From a virus (taxonomy: Duplodnaviria > Caudoviricetes), in IMG/VR virus record IMGVR_UViG_3300031951_000193, positions 1 to 55,856 of that record: a DNA stretch of 55,856 nucleotides; one strand, 5' to 3'. The number at the start of each line of letters is the position of its first letter. Position 1 is the first letter of the stretch. Positions 35,072-44,319 of the stretch are shown piece by piece. The translations under genes were made by a program, and so were the position numbers. Under the pieces are notes generated by a model that saw nothing but the letters and a program-made list of their open reading frames with translations, searched no databases and was not told where the DNA came from.

Positions 35072-38000
35072 CGCCCAGCACCCCCGCGACTTCCAGTGCG
35101 TAGATGGTCGGCCGCGAAGGCACGGGGTCGCTGGCGTTAGCGGACTGCCCGCCGCCGGCCAGTTCAACAGCCACATGCCTGTCGGCCCCGCCCATGTCGC
35201 TGTAGTTGCGGCCCGCGAACTGGGCGGTCGCCACCCCTGTGGCGGTGCCTAGCGACGAGCGGTCGGCAGCCATGTTCAGCGAGGTTTTTGCCCCTTGCGT
35301 GTCATGGACAAACCCCGTGCCTCGATCCCGTGGCATGACGTTGGCCCGAGGGGTCGAGGCGTTGTTGAAATACTCCCGCAAATACAGGTCGCTGTCGGTT
35401 TCGGTGGGGCGGTACACCACGGTCACGCTTCTGTTTATCAGGCGGTCCTTGGTCTGCGCGTTGGAGTCGTTGATGAGTTCCAGAGCCTTGGTCCGCACCG
35501 CATACTGCACCGTCCGCTGCGGGTACTCGTTGGCGTTGAGCAGCGGCGGCACGCAGGCTGCCGTCGCCGTAGCCGTAGTCCCGGACGGCGGCGGGCTGAT
35601 GGTCAGGCTGACGTTGGTCAGGAACGTGCTGCCCGAGTATTGGCCGTACCCAAACCCGGGCTCTTCGATCAGGATTTCCGTGACCGTTCCGTTGGCCATC
35701 AAGGCAGTGAAGCGAGCCCCGGCACCGCTTTGGCCAGCCGCCACTGCTACCGTTGGGGGCGTGGTGTAGCCGCTGCCGCCGTTAGTGACGGACACCGAGG
35801 CAATCGAGCGATAGCACTGGTCCCGGAGCCCGGCTGCCCGGTAGATGTCGCCGTCGATGCAGCCGTAAGCGGGCCGATTGGACTGACTGGCCAGCCGCCG
35901 GTAGTCCACGCCGCAGGTCAGGCTGTTGGGCCATGATTCAGTCCACCACGTTTTTTGCTCGATGTGGTAGCAGAGTGCCAAGTTAGGCGAGGTTGCCCCG
36001 GAACCCTGCGTAATAACGAACGCCCGCAGGATGCCGGCCTGCTTGTCCACTTTGACGAAGAACCTGTGCTTGTTGGTCAAGTCGAGTTCGCCGTTGTCGA
36101 ACAGGTTGCGGATTGGCTCTGACAGGCTCTGCACCGCCCCCGAGCGATCCATCACATACACGCCCCGCTCGTCCATGGCGTACAGACTGTCATCGAATAG
36201 GTCGTGGCATGTCTGCGACAGCATCCCCCGATTGGCGAGCAGATTGATGTTGGCGTCTACGCTGGGGTCGGTGTTGTAGGACAGGGCGTAGCAAAACGAG
36301 TTCTGCATCACCAGCAGGTACACCGAGAACGGCACCAATCCCGTAATGGAGTCCGTGGTTTTCTGGTTGTTCTGGATGGTCAGTTCGTTCTCGGCCGGGC
36401 ACGACTCAAACTCGTCATACTCCGAGAAAAATACGCTGTTGGGATACTGCCCGCTGGTGCTGGCGGCGTACCACAGCCTGTCCCCGTATGCCGCACACGA
36501 AGACATGTCTGCACGCGGCACCCCAAACCTGTAGGCATTGAGGTTGCCGTTGGGCAAAACCACGGGGACCGCCGCGTAGAACGGGCGATCAGGATTGAAC
36601 AGGTCTTCGTCCGTAAGCGTGTCAGTCCCCACGACAGAGATCGTGCCGTTGCTGACACGGGCGTATTGCTCCAGCCTGTAGAACACCAGCGACTGGTCGC
36701 CGCTTGTCCTGTAAAACTCCACGATAGTCGCGCGTCCCGGGGCCGTCAGCGTCGGGAGCGTCCACTGCATCTGCGTGGCATTCGGGCTGGCCGTGAACAG
36801 CGTCGTGTCAACGTCCGTTATGGGCGAGAAGTCTGAATAGAAGATCGGCTTGGTCATGTCCCGCACGGTGGAATTGACCGTTCCGGTGGCCGTGGCTTCT
36901 GCCGATAGTGTCAGTTGCAGCCCGTTGACCGACACCACCTTGGCCATGAACGGCACGTTGGCTGCGTCGATGACCATGCCGGGCTCTATTCCAGAGGCGC
37001 TTGCAACAGTGACCTGCTTGGAGCCAATCGTGGTCGTGATGCTGCGGGTGGCGATTTCAGTCATCGACCAGTCGGCGTAGCGGTACGCGCAGCGGTACGT
37101 TCCGCGCATCGCTGGACGCATGACAGGCAGCACGCGAGCGGTCTGCGAGACGGCCGTGATCGTGGGGCTGGCCGTAAAGTTGTCGCCGCCAGACACCACG
37201 TTGACGGCCGTGATGCCACCGTTGGACACGATAGCATCCATGGTCAGCCCGTAGCCGCCCCCGCCGCCCGTGTACTGGAGTTGCGGGACTCCGTAGTAGT
37301 TCGCGCCGCCGCTGGAGATGGTGACCGAGCCAATGCTTGTCGTTTGGCCGGGCTGCGTGATCTGCCGGGCCGTAAACGAGTAGGTCTGGCCGGCAGAAAA
37401 CGTGGCTGCCGATGTGAGGCTGGAACGCTGCCGCAGCGTGAACGACGCCCTGTCGTTAGTGACGTACCCCGTGCCGGGCACAAGCACGGTCGGGGTTCCA
37501 ACAACCGCCCCCGGCGGACCCTGCTGGCCAGCCGCCGCCTGGGCCGCCCAAAAGTAGAGTCGCTGCCGATAGAGCCCGAACGGCTTGGTCAGGGCGGCGC
37601 TGTTGGGGGTTTCCTGATACTCGTCGGAGAACTGGGGGAACACGGGCGTTTTGAAAAACCCGCCCCAGGTCATCGGATACGAAACGCTGTACCCTGGTCC
37701 CGGCCGATAGATGGAGCCGTCCGAGTACACCGACTGGCTATAGCCTGTCGATCCAAACACGATGTTGCCGGCGTTGATCTGGTCGAACTGGAGGGCGAAA
37801 AACGTCCCCTGTTCCATGCCGGCGCCTGCCCGGATGATCTGCACTGTCCCGAGGCCCAGCCCGGCCGCATCGTTGACGCCGGACCCCTGCCGGAAATCCA
37901 CGATGGGTCGGTACGCCGCGCCGTTCTCGGCCGCACCGGCACACCACCAACCCTTGTAGGAGGTCTGCGTATGGTCGCGCACGCCGCCCTGCACTCGCCG

Positions 38001-40070
38001 CCAGCCCACATTCAGGGTGTTGTCGAGGGCATGTACCCAGGAGTCGGGGCAATACTTCAGGTAAATGCGAATGATCGGGGTCTGATAACCGGAATACTGG
38101 GAGTAGGCAGTGCTGCCCGTCTTCTTGGCCGGTTGCAGTTCGACCTCGATGTACGGCTGCGTGCCGTGAACAACCGGCACCGTCACCCACACCCACTTGT
38201 CTTCCGTATCCGTAGCCGACTCTAGTTCCGCACGGCTTCCGGTGTAGTACCGCAAAGACACCTTGGCGTAGTCATAGGCGTAGAACTCGGTGTACCGGTC
38301 CTGCGCGGGGGTCGGGCCTGACCCCACCACCGCCGCCGAGCCGCGCGAAGAAATCCCGCGCCCATGAAACCGGATGCTGAAGTCCGGCACGAACGCCGCG
38401 AAGAAGTCCGCGTTGTTGCGAGGGAACTTGTACGCCTCGTAGTAATTGCCCCAGATGCTGGTGGCGTTGTTCGGATACAGGGCAGCATTGTCTGTGTCCA
38501 CCCAGTAATCGGGGGCGTAAAGACCGCTGCCTACGCCCTGCGTAGGCGACAGCAGCGTAGACCCGGAGGCTCCGTAGAACGCCCCCGTGGGCCGCACGGG
38601 CCAAGTCGAGTCTTGCGATCCGCCCAGTTGATGCGACAGCGAGTCCGCGATCATCCCGAACGTGACGCGGGCCGACGCCCCGGAACCCTTGGATGCTGCT
38701 CCGGTGCCGGAATTAGTTCCGTTGTTCAGGGGGATGACGGCAGAGTATTGAGCCAACGCGGGGTCGAATGAGGCGTTTGCTCCCTGCGTAAACGTCACTG
38801 ACCCCGTGGTGCCGGAAGTTGCTGATGGGGCGGCTGACAGGGTGACGGTCTTCGCCGCGACGTTGACCGCCGTAACGCTGGTAGTGTTGGCTATTCCTAG
38901 CGTCGTGTCCTGGCAACGAGCGCCGACCGCCACCCTGCTTACTTCGGCCACGTTATTGAGGACCGTAGTCCCTGAAGTGGTAGCCGCAGACAGGAAACTG
39001 TAGGCGATGGATGGCGCAGTCGTTTCGATAGAGAACCCGTGCGACAGAGAAGCATTGGTCGTGCCGCTCGTCGTGGACTCGTTGAGCGTCAGCATGGTGC
39101 CGATGGCCGACGCGGTGGCCGTGGCACTCATGGTGAAGCGCGAGTTGGCCGCGTCCACGCTCGACACCACAGCGCCCGCCGGCACCCCGGACGCCGCCTT
39201 GACGGTAGAGCCCACTCGGACAAGAGAGATATTGGAAACGTCGGTAACGGTGGCACTGGCAGAAGTCAGCGTGCCCAGCGTGGTCAGCACCGGCTCAAAG
39301 CCCTGAAGGCCGGGGTCAATGCCGATGACGCCGTACCCGAGAAATCCCACCCCCTTCACCGTGGAGTCATCAATCGTGAGTGTCGGTGGAGACGAATACC
39401 CAGACCCACCGTCAATGACATCGACCGCGACGATGGCACCGCCTTGAATGATGGTCTTGAGCCTTGCCGACCGCGCTGGCGACCCGCCCCCGGAGATGAG
39501 GATTGGGGGAGGGGCCCAGTACGATCCGCCGCCGTCGATGACATCGACCCGCTCGATGAAGTATCCGTTTCCTGTCGGCGTTACCGTGGGGGCTATCGTG
39601 GGGGCGGGAATACCAACGTCTACGGCCGTGCGGGTCGAGGGCGTAATGACCTTGGGCTGCACGCCGTAGCCCATGAACGCATAGATCCGGCCGTGACGGT
39701 CTTCAGAAAACGCCGGGCTCGCCCGCGAGGGCGTTGTTACCGTCGCCATGGTCTGCGATGACCAGCCAGTGGGGTCTGTCGAGTCGGATGGCTGGAGGTA
39801 GCGGATTTGGGTCTGCGTGTCGCTGGTTCTCACGCAGGAGATCAGGTCATCCAGGGCGTTGACGCCGTTGGACACCCGATACAGTCCGACAATCTCGCTG
39901 AAGTCGAGCGTCGAAAACACCGCGTCCATGCCGGGCCGAGGACGCAATTCGCCCGGACGCCAGACTTGCAGGTTGTTGTGCCGGACCGTGGCTCCGGGCG
40001 GCAAAACGTAGGGGCTGATTGCCGTGGCCAGACCAGCCCAGTTCTCGATCCTTACGCCAGCCATCGTCAC
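35061..40070 (-). CDS. Tail tubular B/nozzle-like protein with large insertions
   Basis: 1669 aa; propeller-like RLWY..., VFFSE, ITGL.P, LYAMDERGVY; repeated V..GGSGY..PP units; follows the adaptor gene. Confidence 0.65.
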   Translation of the reverse strand: MTMAGVRIENWAGLATAISPYVLPPGATVRHNNLQVWRPGELRPRPGMDAVFSTLDFSEIVGLYRVSNGVNALDDLISCVRTSDTQTQIRYLQPSDSTDPTGWSSQTMATVTTPSRASPAFSEDRHGRIYAFMGYGVQPKVITPSTRTAVDVGIPAPTIAPTVTPTGNGYFIERVDVIDGGGSYWAPPPILISGGGSPARSARLKTIIQGGAIVAVDVIDGGSGYSSPPTLTIDDSTVKGVGFLGYGVIGIDPGLQGFEPVLTTLGTLTSASATVTDVSNISLVRVGSTVKAASGVPAGAVVSSVDAANSRFTMSATATASAIGTMLTLNESTTSGTTNASLSHGFSIETTAPSIAYSFLSAATTSGTTVLNNVAEVSRVAVGARCQDTTLGIANTTSVTAVNVAAKTVTLSAAPSATSGTTGSVTFTQGANASFDPALAQYSAVIPLNNGTNSGTGAASKGSGASARVTFGMIADSLSHQLGGSQDSTWPVRPTGAFYGASGSTLLSPTQGVGSGLYAPDYWVDTDNAALYPNNATSIWGNYYEAYKFPRNNADFFAAFVPDFSIRFHGRGISSRGSAAVVGSGPTPAQDRYTEFYAYDYAKVSLRYYTGSRAELESATDTEDKWVWVTVPVVHGTQPYIEVELQPAKKTGSTAYSQYSGYQTPIIRIYLKYCPDSWVHALDNTLNVGWRRVQGGVRDHTQTSYKGWWCAGAAENGAAYRPIVDFRQGSGVNDAAGLGLGTVQIIRAGAGMEQGTFFALQFDQINAGNIVFGSTGYSQSVYSDGSIYRPGPGYSVSYPMTWGGFFKTPVFPQFSDEYQETPNSAALTKPFGLYRQRLYFWAAQAAAGQQGPPGAVVGTPTVLVPGTGYVTNDRASFTLRQRSSLTSAATFSAGQTYSFTARQITQPGQTTSIGSVTISSGGANYYGVPQLQYTGGGGGYGLTMDAIVSNGGITAVNVVSGGDNFTASPTITAVSQTARVLPVMRPAMRGTYRCAYRYADWSMTEIATRSITTTIGSKQVTVASASGIEPGMVIDAANVPFMAKVVSVNGLQLTLSAEATATGTVNSTVRDMTKPIFYSDFSPITDVDTTLFTASPNATQMQWTLPTLTAPGRATIVEFYRTSGDQSLVFYRLEQYARVSNGTISVVGTDTLTDEDLFNPDRPFYAAVPVVLPNGNLNAYRFGVPRADMSSCAAYGDRLWYAASTSGQYPNSVFFSEYDEFESCPAENELTIQNNQKTTDSITGLVPFSVYLLVMQNSFCYALSYNTDPSVDANINLLANRGMLSQTCHDLFDDSLYAMDERGVYVMDRSGAVQSLSEPIRNLFDNGELDLTNKHRFFVKVDKQAGILRAFVITQGSGATSPNLALCYHIEQKTWWTESWPNSLTCGVDYRRLASQSNRPAYGCIDGDIYRAAGLRDQCYRSIASVSVTNGGSGYTTPPTVAVAAGQSGAGARFTALMANGTVTEILIEEPGFGYGQYSGSTFLTNVSLTISPPPSGTTATATAACVPPLLNANEYPQRTVQYAVRTKALELINDSNAQTKDRLINRSVTVVYRPTETDSDLYLREYFNNASTPRANVMPRDRGTGFVHDTQGAKTSLNMAADRSSLGTATGVATAQFAGRNYSDMGGADRHVAVELAGGGQSANASDPVPSRPTIYALEVAGVLGDGN

Positions 40071-41206
40071 CCCACATCAGGCAGGATCGGTGAGTAGTAG
40101 CCCATCGTTCGCGGAGTCGGGTACTGGCGGCGGGTTCGTCCAGACTGCGGACTAATAACGTCGTTTTCCAGGGCCAGCCGCAGGTCGCGGTTGAACACCT
40201 GCGTGGCCTGCCCCGCATCCTTGCCTGCCAACCGGGCGTACCACATTTCCGACGCGGACAGCACAGCGGTGTACATGGTCTGGCTGGCGTCGATGGTGTT
40301 GGCGATGGCGTACTTCACGCCGGCCATGGCTGGCAGGGCCGAGTCCACCGTAAGGGTCGTGTCGCTGACCCGCGAGATGATTCGCCGCTCATGCACAAAC
40401 GGGGCCAGCGACCCAACGGGATCGGCTTCCGTTGTAGTCGTACCAAAACGGATCACTGCCCCAGTCAGGTCTGGCGGAAGCGTGTTGCCCGTGATCGTGA
40501 CGGTCGTGAGGTTGGGGGACGCCACCGTGGCCGTGCCGGCCCGGCACGACTGCTCGTACCCCATCAATCGCACGGGGGCGGGCGTGTATCGGTAGGTGTA
40601 GTACACCACCGTGCCATCGGTAGGGACGCCGACGAACCGAACCTGAAAGCGCTGCGGATCCGTGTCGGACCGCATGATCGTGTAGTAGTAGGGCTCGCCG
40701 GCCCCACGGGTGTTGATCTGGAGTTGCTGCCACTCCTGCGGGGAGATGTAGCAGTACAGCGTGCCTACCGTTTCGGTGATGAGGGAGTCCACATCCTTGA
40801 CGTTCAACGGCAGGTCATAGAACGTCTGCGGCATGACAGTCACCCCCGTACCGCTGCCTACGGCATTGCGGTCAAGGGTCACCGTGCTGTTGGCCACATT
40901 GACCGACACAACGCGGGGCGTGAGGCTGAAGTATCCGTTGCCGCCAAAAATCACGATCCGCCCAGGGGCGAAACCCGTGGTGCTGGCGACCGTAATAGTG
41001 GGACTGCCAGTCGTGATGGTGGCTGTGGTGCTGATCTGCTGGGTGGTAAACGTGCCCTCGGTCGTGTGCCAGAGCCAGTCCCTTGTCTGGAAAACCTCCC
41101 GGACACCGTGAACCACGGCGGATCGCACGGCTCGATGCTCGCCATCTTGGGCCCCGCCGCCGGTGGCCGTTAGTAGGTAGTCCACAACGTCCTGGGCGGT
41201 GTTCAT
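40067..41206 (-). CDS. Head-tail adaptor/tail tubular A-like protein
   Basis: Helical N-terminus ..RDWLW, YDLP..., GEPYYY, Y.YRY; position after the portal. Confidence 0.65.
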   Translation of the reverse strand: MNTAQDVVDYLLTATGGGAQDGEHRAVRSAVVHGVREVFQTRDWLWHTTEGTFTTQQISTTATITTGSPTITVASTTGFAPGRIVIFGGNGYFSLTPRVVSVNVANSTVTLDRNAVGSGTGVTVMPQTFYDLPLNVKDVDSLITETVGTLYCYISPQEWQQLQINTRGAGEPYYYTIMRSDTDPQRFQVRFVGVPTDGTVVYYTYRYTPAPVRLMGYEQSCRAGTATVASPNLTTVTITGNTLPPDLTGAVIRFGTTTTEADPVGSLAPFVHERRIISRVSDTTLTVDSALPAMAGVKYAIANTIDASQTMYTAVLSASEMWYARLAGKDAGQATQVFNRDLRLALENDVISPQSGRTRRQYPTPRTMGYYSPILPDVG

Positions 41207-41748
41207 CGACGCACCTTCCTGCCGTACTTCTCCTTGACCATCTCCTTCAAATCGCCGTCTTTGATCTTGGAGCCGGGGTTCTTGCGGCGCTCGTAGGCCA
41301 TCATCTCGCGGGTGAGTCTTGCGCTAAGCCGCTTCTGCTTGGGAGGATCGACGGGGGATCCCTTGTGTTCCACGATCCCCTGCACGGTCAGGTTCCGCTC
41401 GCGGGCCACCTGCTTGATGTCCGACACGGAGTCGATCCACGCGGCTGGGTCGCGGTGGCCTCGCTTGTCGGCCAGACCGCTCATATAGAACCGACCACTT
41501 ACGTTGATACCGGCGGCTTTCGCCTCCCGCAGCATTCTGTCGGCGTGATCCTTTGGCATTTCGTCCAGCCACTGGCCGTTGTACCGGCCCTGCATCACCG
41601 CCCGGTCGCTTCCCCGCACGCCCGGCGGCTGCTGGAGGGCACACATCTCCGCGAACTTGGGAGTCTGGCCTTCGGACAGCAAACGCAAGTACATATCCTT
41701 CACCGCGTGACCGGCTCTTTGGATGCTTGCTGGAACTTCGTCGCTCAT
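41203..41748 (-). CDS. Hypothetical phage protein
   Basis: Coupled ORF, 181 aa. Confidence 0.75.
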   Translation of the reverse strand: MSDEVPASIQRAGHAVKDMYLRLLSEGQTPKFAEMCALQQPPGVRGSDRAVMQGRYNGQWLDEMPKDHADRMLREAKAAGINVSGRFYMSGLADKRGHRDPAAWIDSVSDIKQVARERNLTVQGIVEHKGSPVDPPKQKRLSARLTREMMAYERRKNPGSKIKDGDLKEMVKEKYGRKVRR

Positions 41749-42004
41749 GGGCCTTCAAATACCTCACTACACGCATGACGCCGGCAAGGTTGTCACCGAA
41801 CCGAGCCAGGGCGGCGTTGCAACTGGTGCAGAGCAGCCCGCGTATGGTTTCCGTTTGGTGGCAGTGATCGACGCACATGCGACGGTCGCAGTTGCATATC
41901 TCACACTTCCCCTTGTTTCTGGACGCAATGCTGGCGAAGGCGGCTTCGCCAATCCGATAGCGAGTCCAGAGGTTCTGCCACCGCTTTCTCTGCTTGGGGT
42001 CCAC
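41324..42004 (-). CDS. Endonuclease VII domain protein (first ~87 aa; tail overlaps the next gene)
   Basis: RYRI...CEIC...VDHCH....IRGLLCTSCN..L..FGDN. Confidence 0.8.
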   Translation of the reverse strand: MDPKQRKRWQNLWTRYRIGEAAFASIASRNKGKCEICNCDRRMCVDHCHQTETIRGLLCTSCNAALARFGDNLAGVMRVVRYLKAHERRSSSKHPKSRSRGEGYVLAFAVRRPDSQVRGDVCPPAAAGRAGKRPGGDAGPVQRPVAGRNAKGSRRQNAAGGESRRYQRKWSVLYERSGRQARPPRPSRVDRLRVGHQAGGPRAEPDRAGDRGTQGIPRRSSQAEAA

Positions 42005-42008
42005 TGGG

Positions 42009-44003
42009 CTACGCCGGGGGCTGCGTGCCCTCCCCGCCAGCCGCTGCCTGCTCGTCCGGGGGAGGAACCGGGGGCGGCGCGGCGGGCGGGGGAGGGGGCG
42101 GAATCATGTACGGGGTGGCGTCGATGTCGAGGCTATTGGCCCAGTCGCGCATCAGGGCGTTGTAGGGTTCCACGATGCCGGCACCGACAAGCCCGGACAC
42201 GATGGGTCCGAGCGTCTGAACGCTCATCTGCATCTGCTCGACGCGCGTGGCCTTGTTGGGCTTGCGGGCACTTCCGGCCTCGACGCGATAGATGTAGTCC
42301 CTGGTCAGGCCCACCAAGTCAGCCTGCTGCACAGTCTTCTGCCAGCCGATGGCCCCCACCGGACCCAGCACCGGCAGAACGTCCTCTGGCTCCAAGAGCC
42401 AGCGTGCCGCCAACGCTTCGCGGCGGGCTAGGAGCGACATGGCGTCCTCCAACTGGTTCGCCATGTTGTCCGGGCGCACGCTCACGTTCTCTTGCTTGAT
42501 CGTGGCTTCGCTGGCACTCCTGAAGGAACTTCTGGTGTAGCCATAAACCAACTCGGAGAGGCCGGTGCGTTGGGCGAAAAGGTCCGCGACAGCGGTAATT
42601 ATTTCCCACAAGTCCCGCGTAACCTGCGGGAGTTGGAACACCGACATGATGTCGCCAACCCCTCGGCCAAGCAGTTCGCTCAACTCGATGATCTTGAACC
42701 CACCCTCCGAAGGCGCCAGGATCTGATCCTTGATCGTTTGGTCGGCTGCCTTCTGCACGGCGATCATCGTCTCGCACGACGTTGCGATCCGCGTGGCGGC
42801 GAACGACATTGCCCAATTCAAAAGCCGCAATTCCCCGATAGCCGGCCGGATGTGGCTGATGGGGTAGGCGTATCCGGGCTTCCAATGAAACCACAGCGGG
42901 GTGAAAGGCCAACCCTGCGGGTCGCAGTAAAACGGAATGGGCCACGCCACCTTGGCAAGAAGTTCCTGGGGCATCTGGGCCTCGGGGCCCTCGTTCAGGT
43001 ACTCCATGTCCGATGGCTTCATGTTGAGGGGGTAGTCCAGCCCCTCGCACACCACGATGTAGCAGTGCCGGCCCAACTGATCGAAGACACCGCGATGTTC
43101 TTTGGGGGCGTTCTTGAACCGATCCCCCATGCCACACTTCGACCAAATCTTGTAATAGGTGACAAGTTCGTTGGTGTTCTCGATCTTGTCCTTCTCTTTT
43201 TTGCCCCGTGGCTCCCGGTCGAGTTTGATGTCGCGGCCGGCTTGGTTGTGCTTTCGCAGTTCCTCTTCCGGGATGTCGAACTCCTCGGCTACCTGTTCCA
43301 GGGGCATGACGCACTTGCGGGCACACCACAAGATGTCATCCATGTTGTCCCAGTCAGGGTCCATCAAGAAGTTGTCGATGGTGTCATAGAAACTGCCCAC
43401 CATGCGAGTGGGCGGACGCGAGCCGTCGCCGGAAGTCTCCAGCGTCACCATCTCGGTCCACATGACCCCCATGCCCTTCATCAGGGCTTCGCGGACCCAC
43501 TTCTGCCCCTGCAACTTCAGGTTCAGTTCCTGCGGGGTCCAGTTCAGGTACTTCTCTAACAACAGGGCCGTACCGCGCCGCAGTTCCTTGTTGGCGTACT
43601 CCTGGGCCGCCATCTGCACGATCTGGAGTTGCTCCGGGGGCATCATGGACGGGTCCATGCCCGGCTGCATCTGGATGCCCAGCGTCTCGGGCGGCAGGTC
43701 GGGGTACTCCATCACGGAGACAGTCCGCGTTGGGTTGCGGTGGTACATGACTGCCCCATAGATGTCGAGCAGTTCAAAAACCTTGTTGACCTGCATCCTA
43801 AAATTGGGAGGCGCGATGCTGGCGTTGTAGCCCTTCTCGCCCCGGGCGTAGGAGTCACGCCACATCCAATTCGTTTCGCCATCAAAGAACATGGCGGCTT
43901 CCTTCGCGTCCTCCGCGAAAGACCGCTTGTACTTGACGGCTGCGTTCAACTTCTTGACCCAGGTCTGGGTCAACTGCCGAAGCAGGTCACTTACTGCTGA
44001 CAC
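42009..44003 (-). CDS. Portal protein
   Basis: 664 aa downstream of the terminase; helical; QRTGLSEL.YG, SA.EA, RVEAGS; Pro-rich tail. Confidence 0.8.
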   Translation of the reverse strand: MSAVSDLLRQLTQTWVKKLNAAVKYKRSFAEDAKEAAMFFDGETNWMWRDSYARGEKGYNASIAPPNFRMQVNKVFELLDIYGAVMYHRNPTRTVSVMEYPDLPPETLGIQMQPGMDPSMMPPEQLQIVQMAAQEYANKELRRGTALLLEKYLNWTPQELNLKLQGQKWVREALMKGMGVMWTEMVTLETSGDGSRPPTRMVGSFYDTIDNFLMDPDWDNMDDILWCARKCVMPLEQVAEEFDIPEEELRKHNQAGRDIKLDREPRGKKEKDKIENTNELVTYYKIWSKCGMGDRFKNAPKEHRGVFDQLGRHCYIVVCEGLDYPLNMKPSDMEYLNEGPEAQMPQELLAKVAWPIPFYCDPQGWPFTPLWFHWKPGYAYPISHIRPAIGELRLLNWAMSFAATRIATSCETMIAVQKAADQTIKDQILAPSEGGFKIIELSELLGRGVGDIMSVFQLPQVTRDLWEIITAVADLFAQRTGLSELVYGYTRSSFRSASEATIKQENVSVRPDNMANQLEDAMSLLARREALAARWLLEPEDVLPVLGPVGAIGWQKTVQQADLVGLTRDYIYRVEAGSARKPNKATRVEQMQMSVQTLGPIVSGLVGAGIVEPYNALMRDWANSLDIDATPYMIPPPPPPAAPPPVPPPDEQAAAGGEGTQPPA

Positions 44004-44319
44004 TGTTCAGCCGCTCCTTGGCGCTGGCGAACGAAGCCGCTGCCGCCGCCTTGTAGATGGCCTGCGTGAGAGGGGCGAAATCCCAGCACCCCAGTTCCGC
44101 CCAGCCGTGGTCCCCGTGAATGTCGGGGTCATCCTTGTGGTGGACTGACGGGCGATCCACCCACCCGGTTGGCGTGAACGTCAGGATGCGGACCGTTGAA
44201 TCGCCCGGTTCCTGAATAACGAACCCGACCGTGGGGCTGTTGAAGGTGTGGATGTCGGTGCTAAACAGAACGATGTCGCCCAGAGCCGGCCTGGGCATAC
44301 GCCATTTATCGGTTGTCAT
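43987..44319 (-). CDS. Hypothetical protein
   Basis: P.LGDIVLF...SVHH.DDP...GCW; GGAGG SD. Confidence 0.75.
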   Translation of the reverse strand: MTTDKWRMPRPALGDIVLFSTDIHTFNSPTVGFVIQEPGDSTVRILTFTPTGWVDRPSVHHKDDPDIHGDHGWAELGCWDFAPLTQAIYKAAAAASFASAKERLNSVSSK

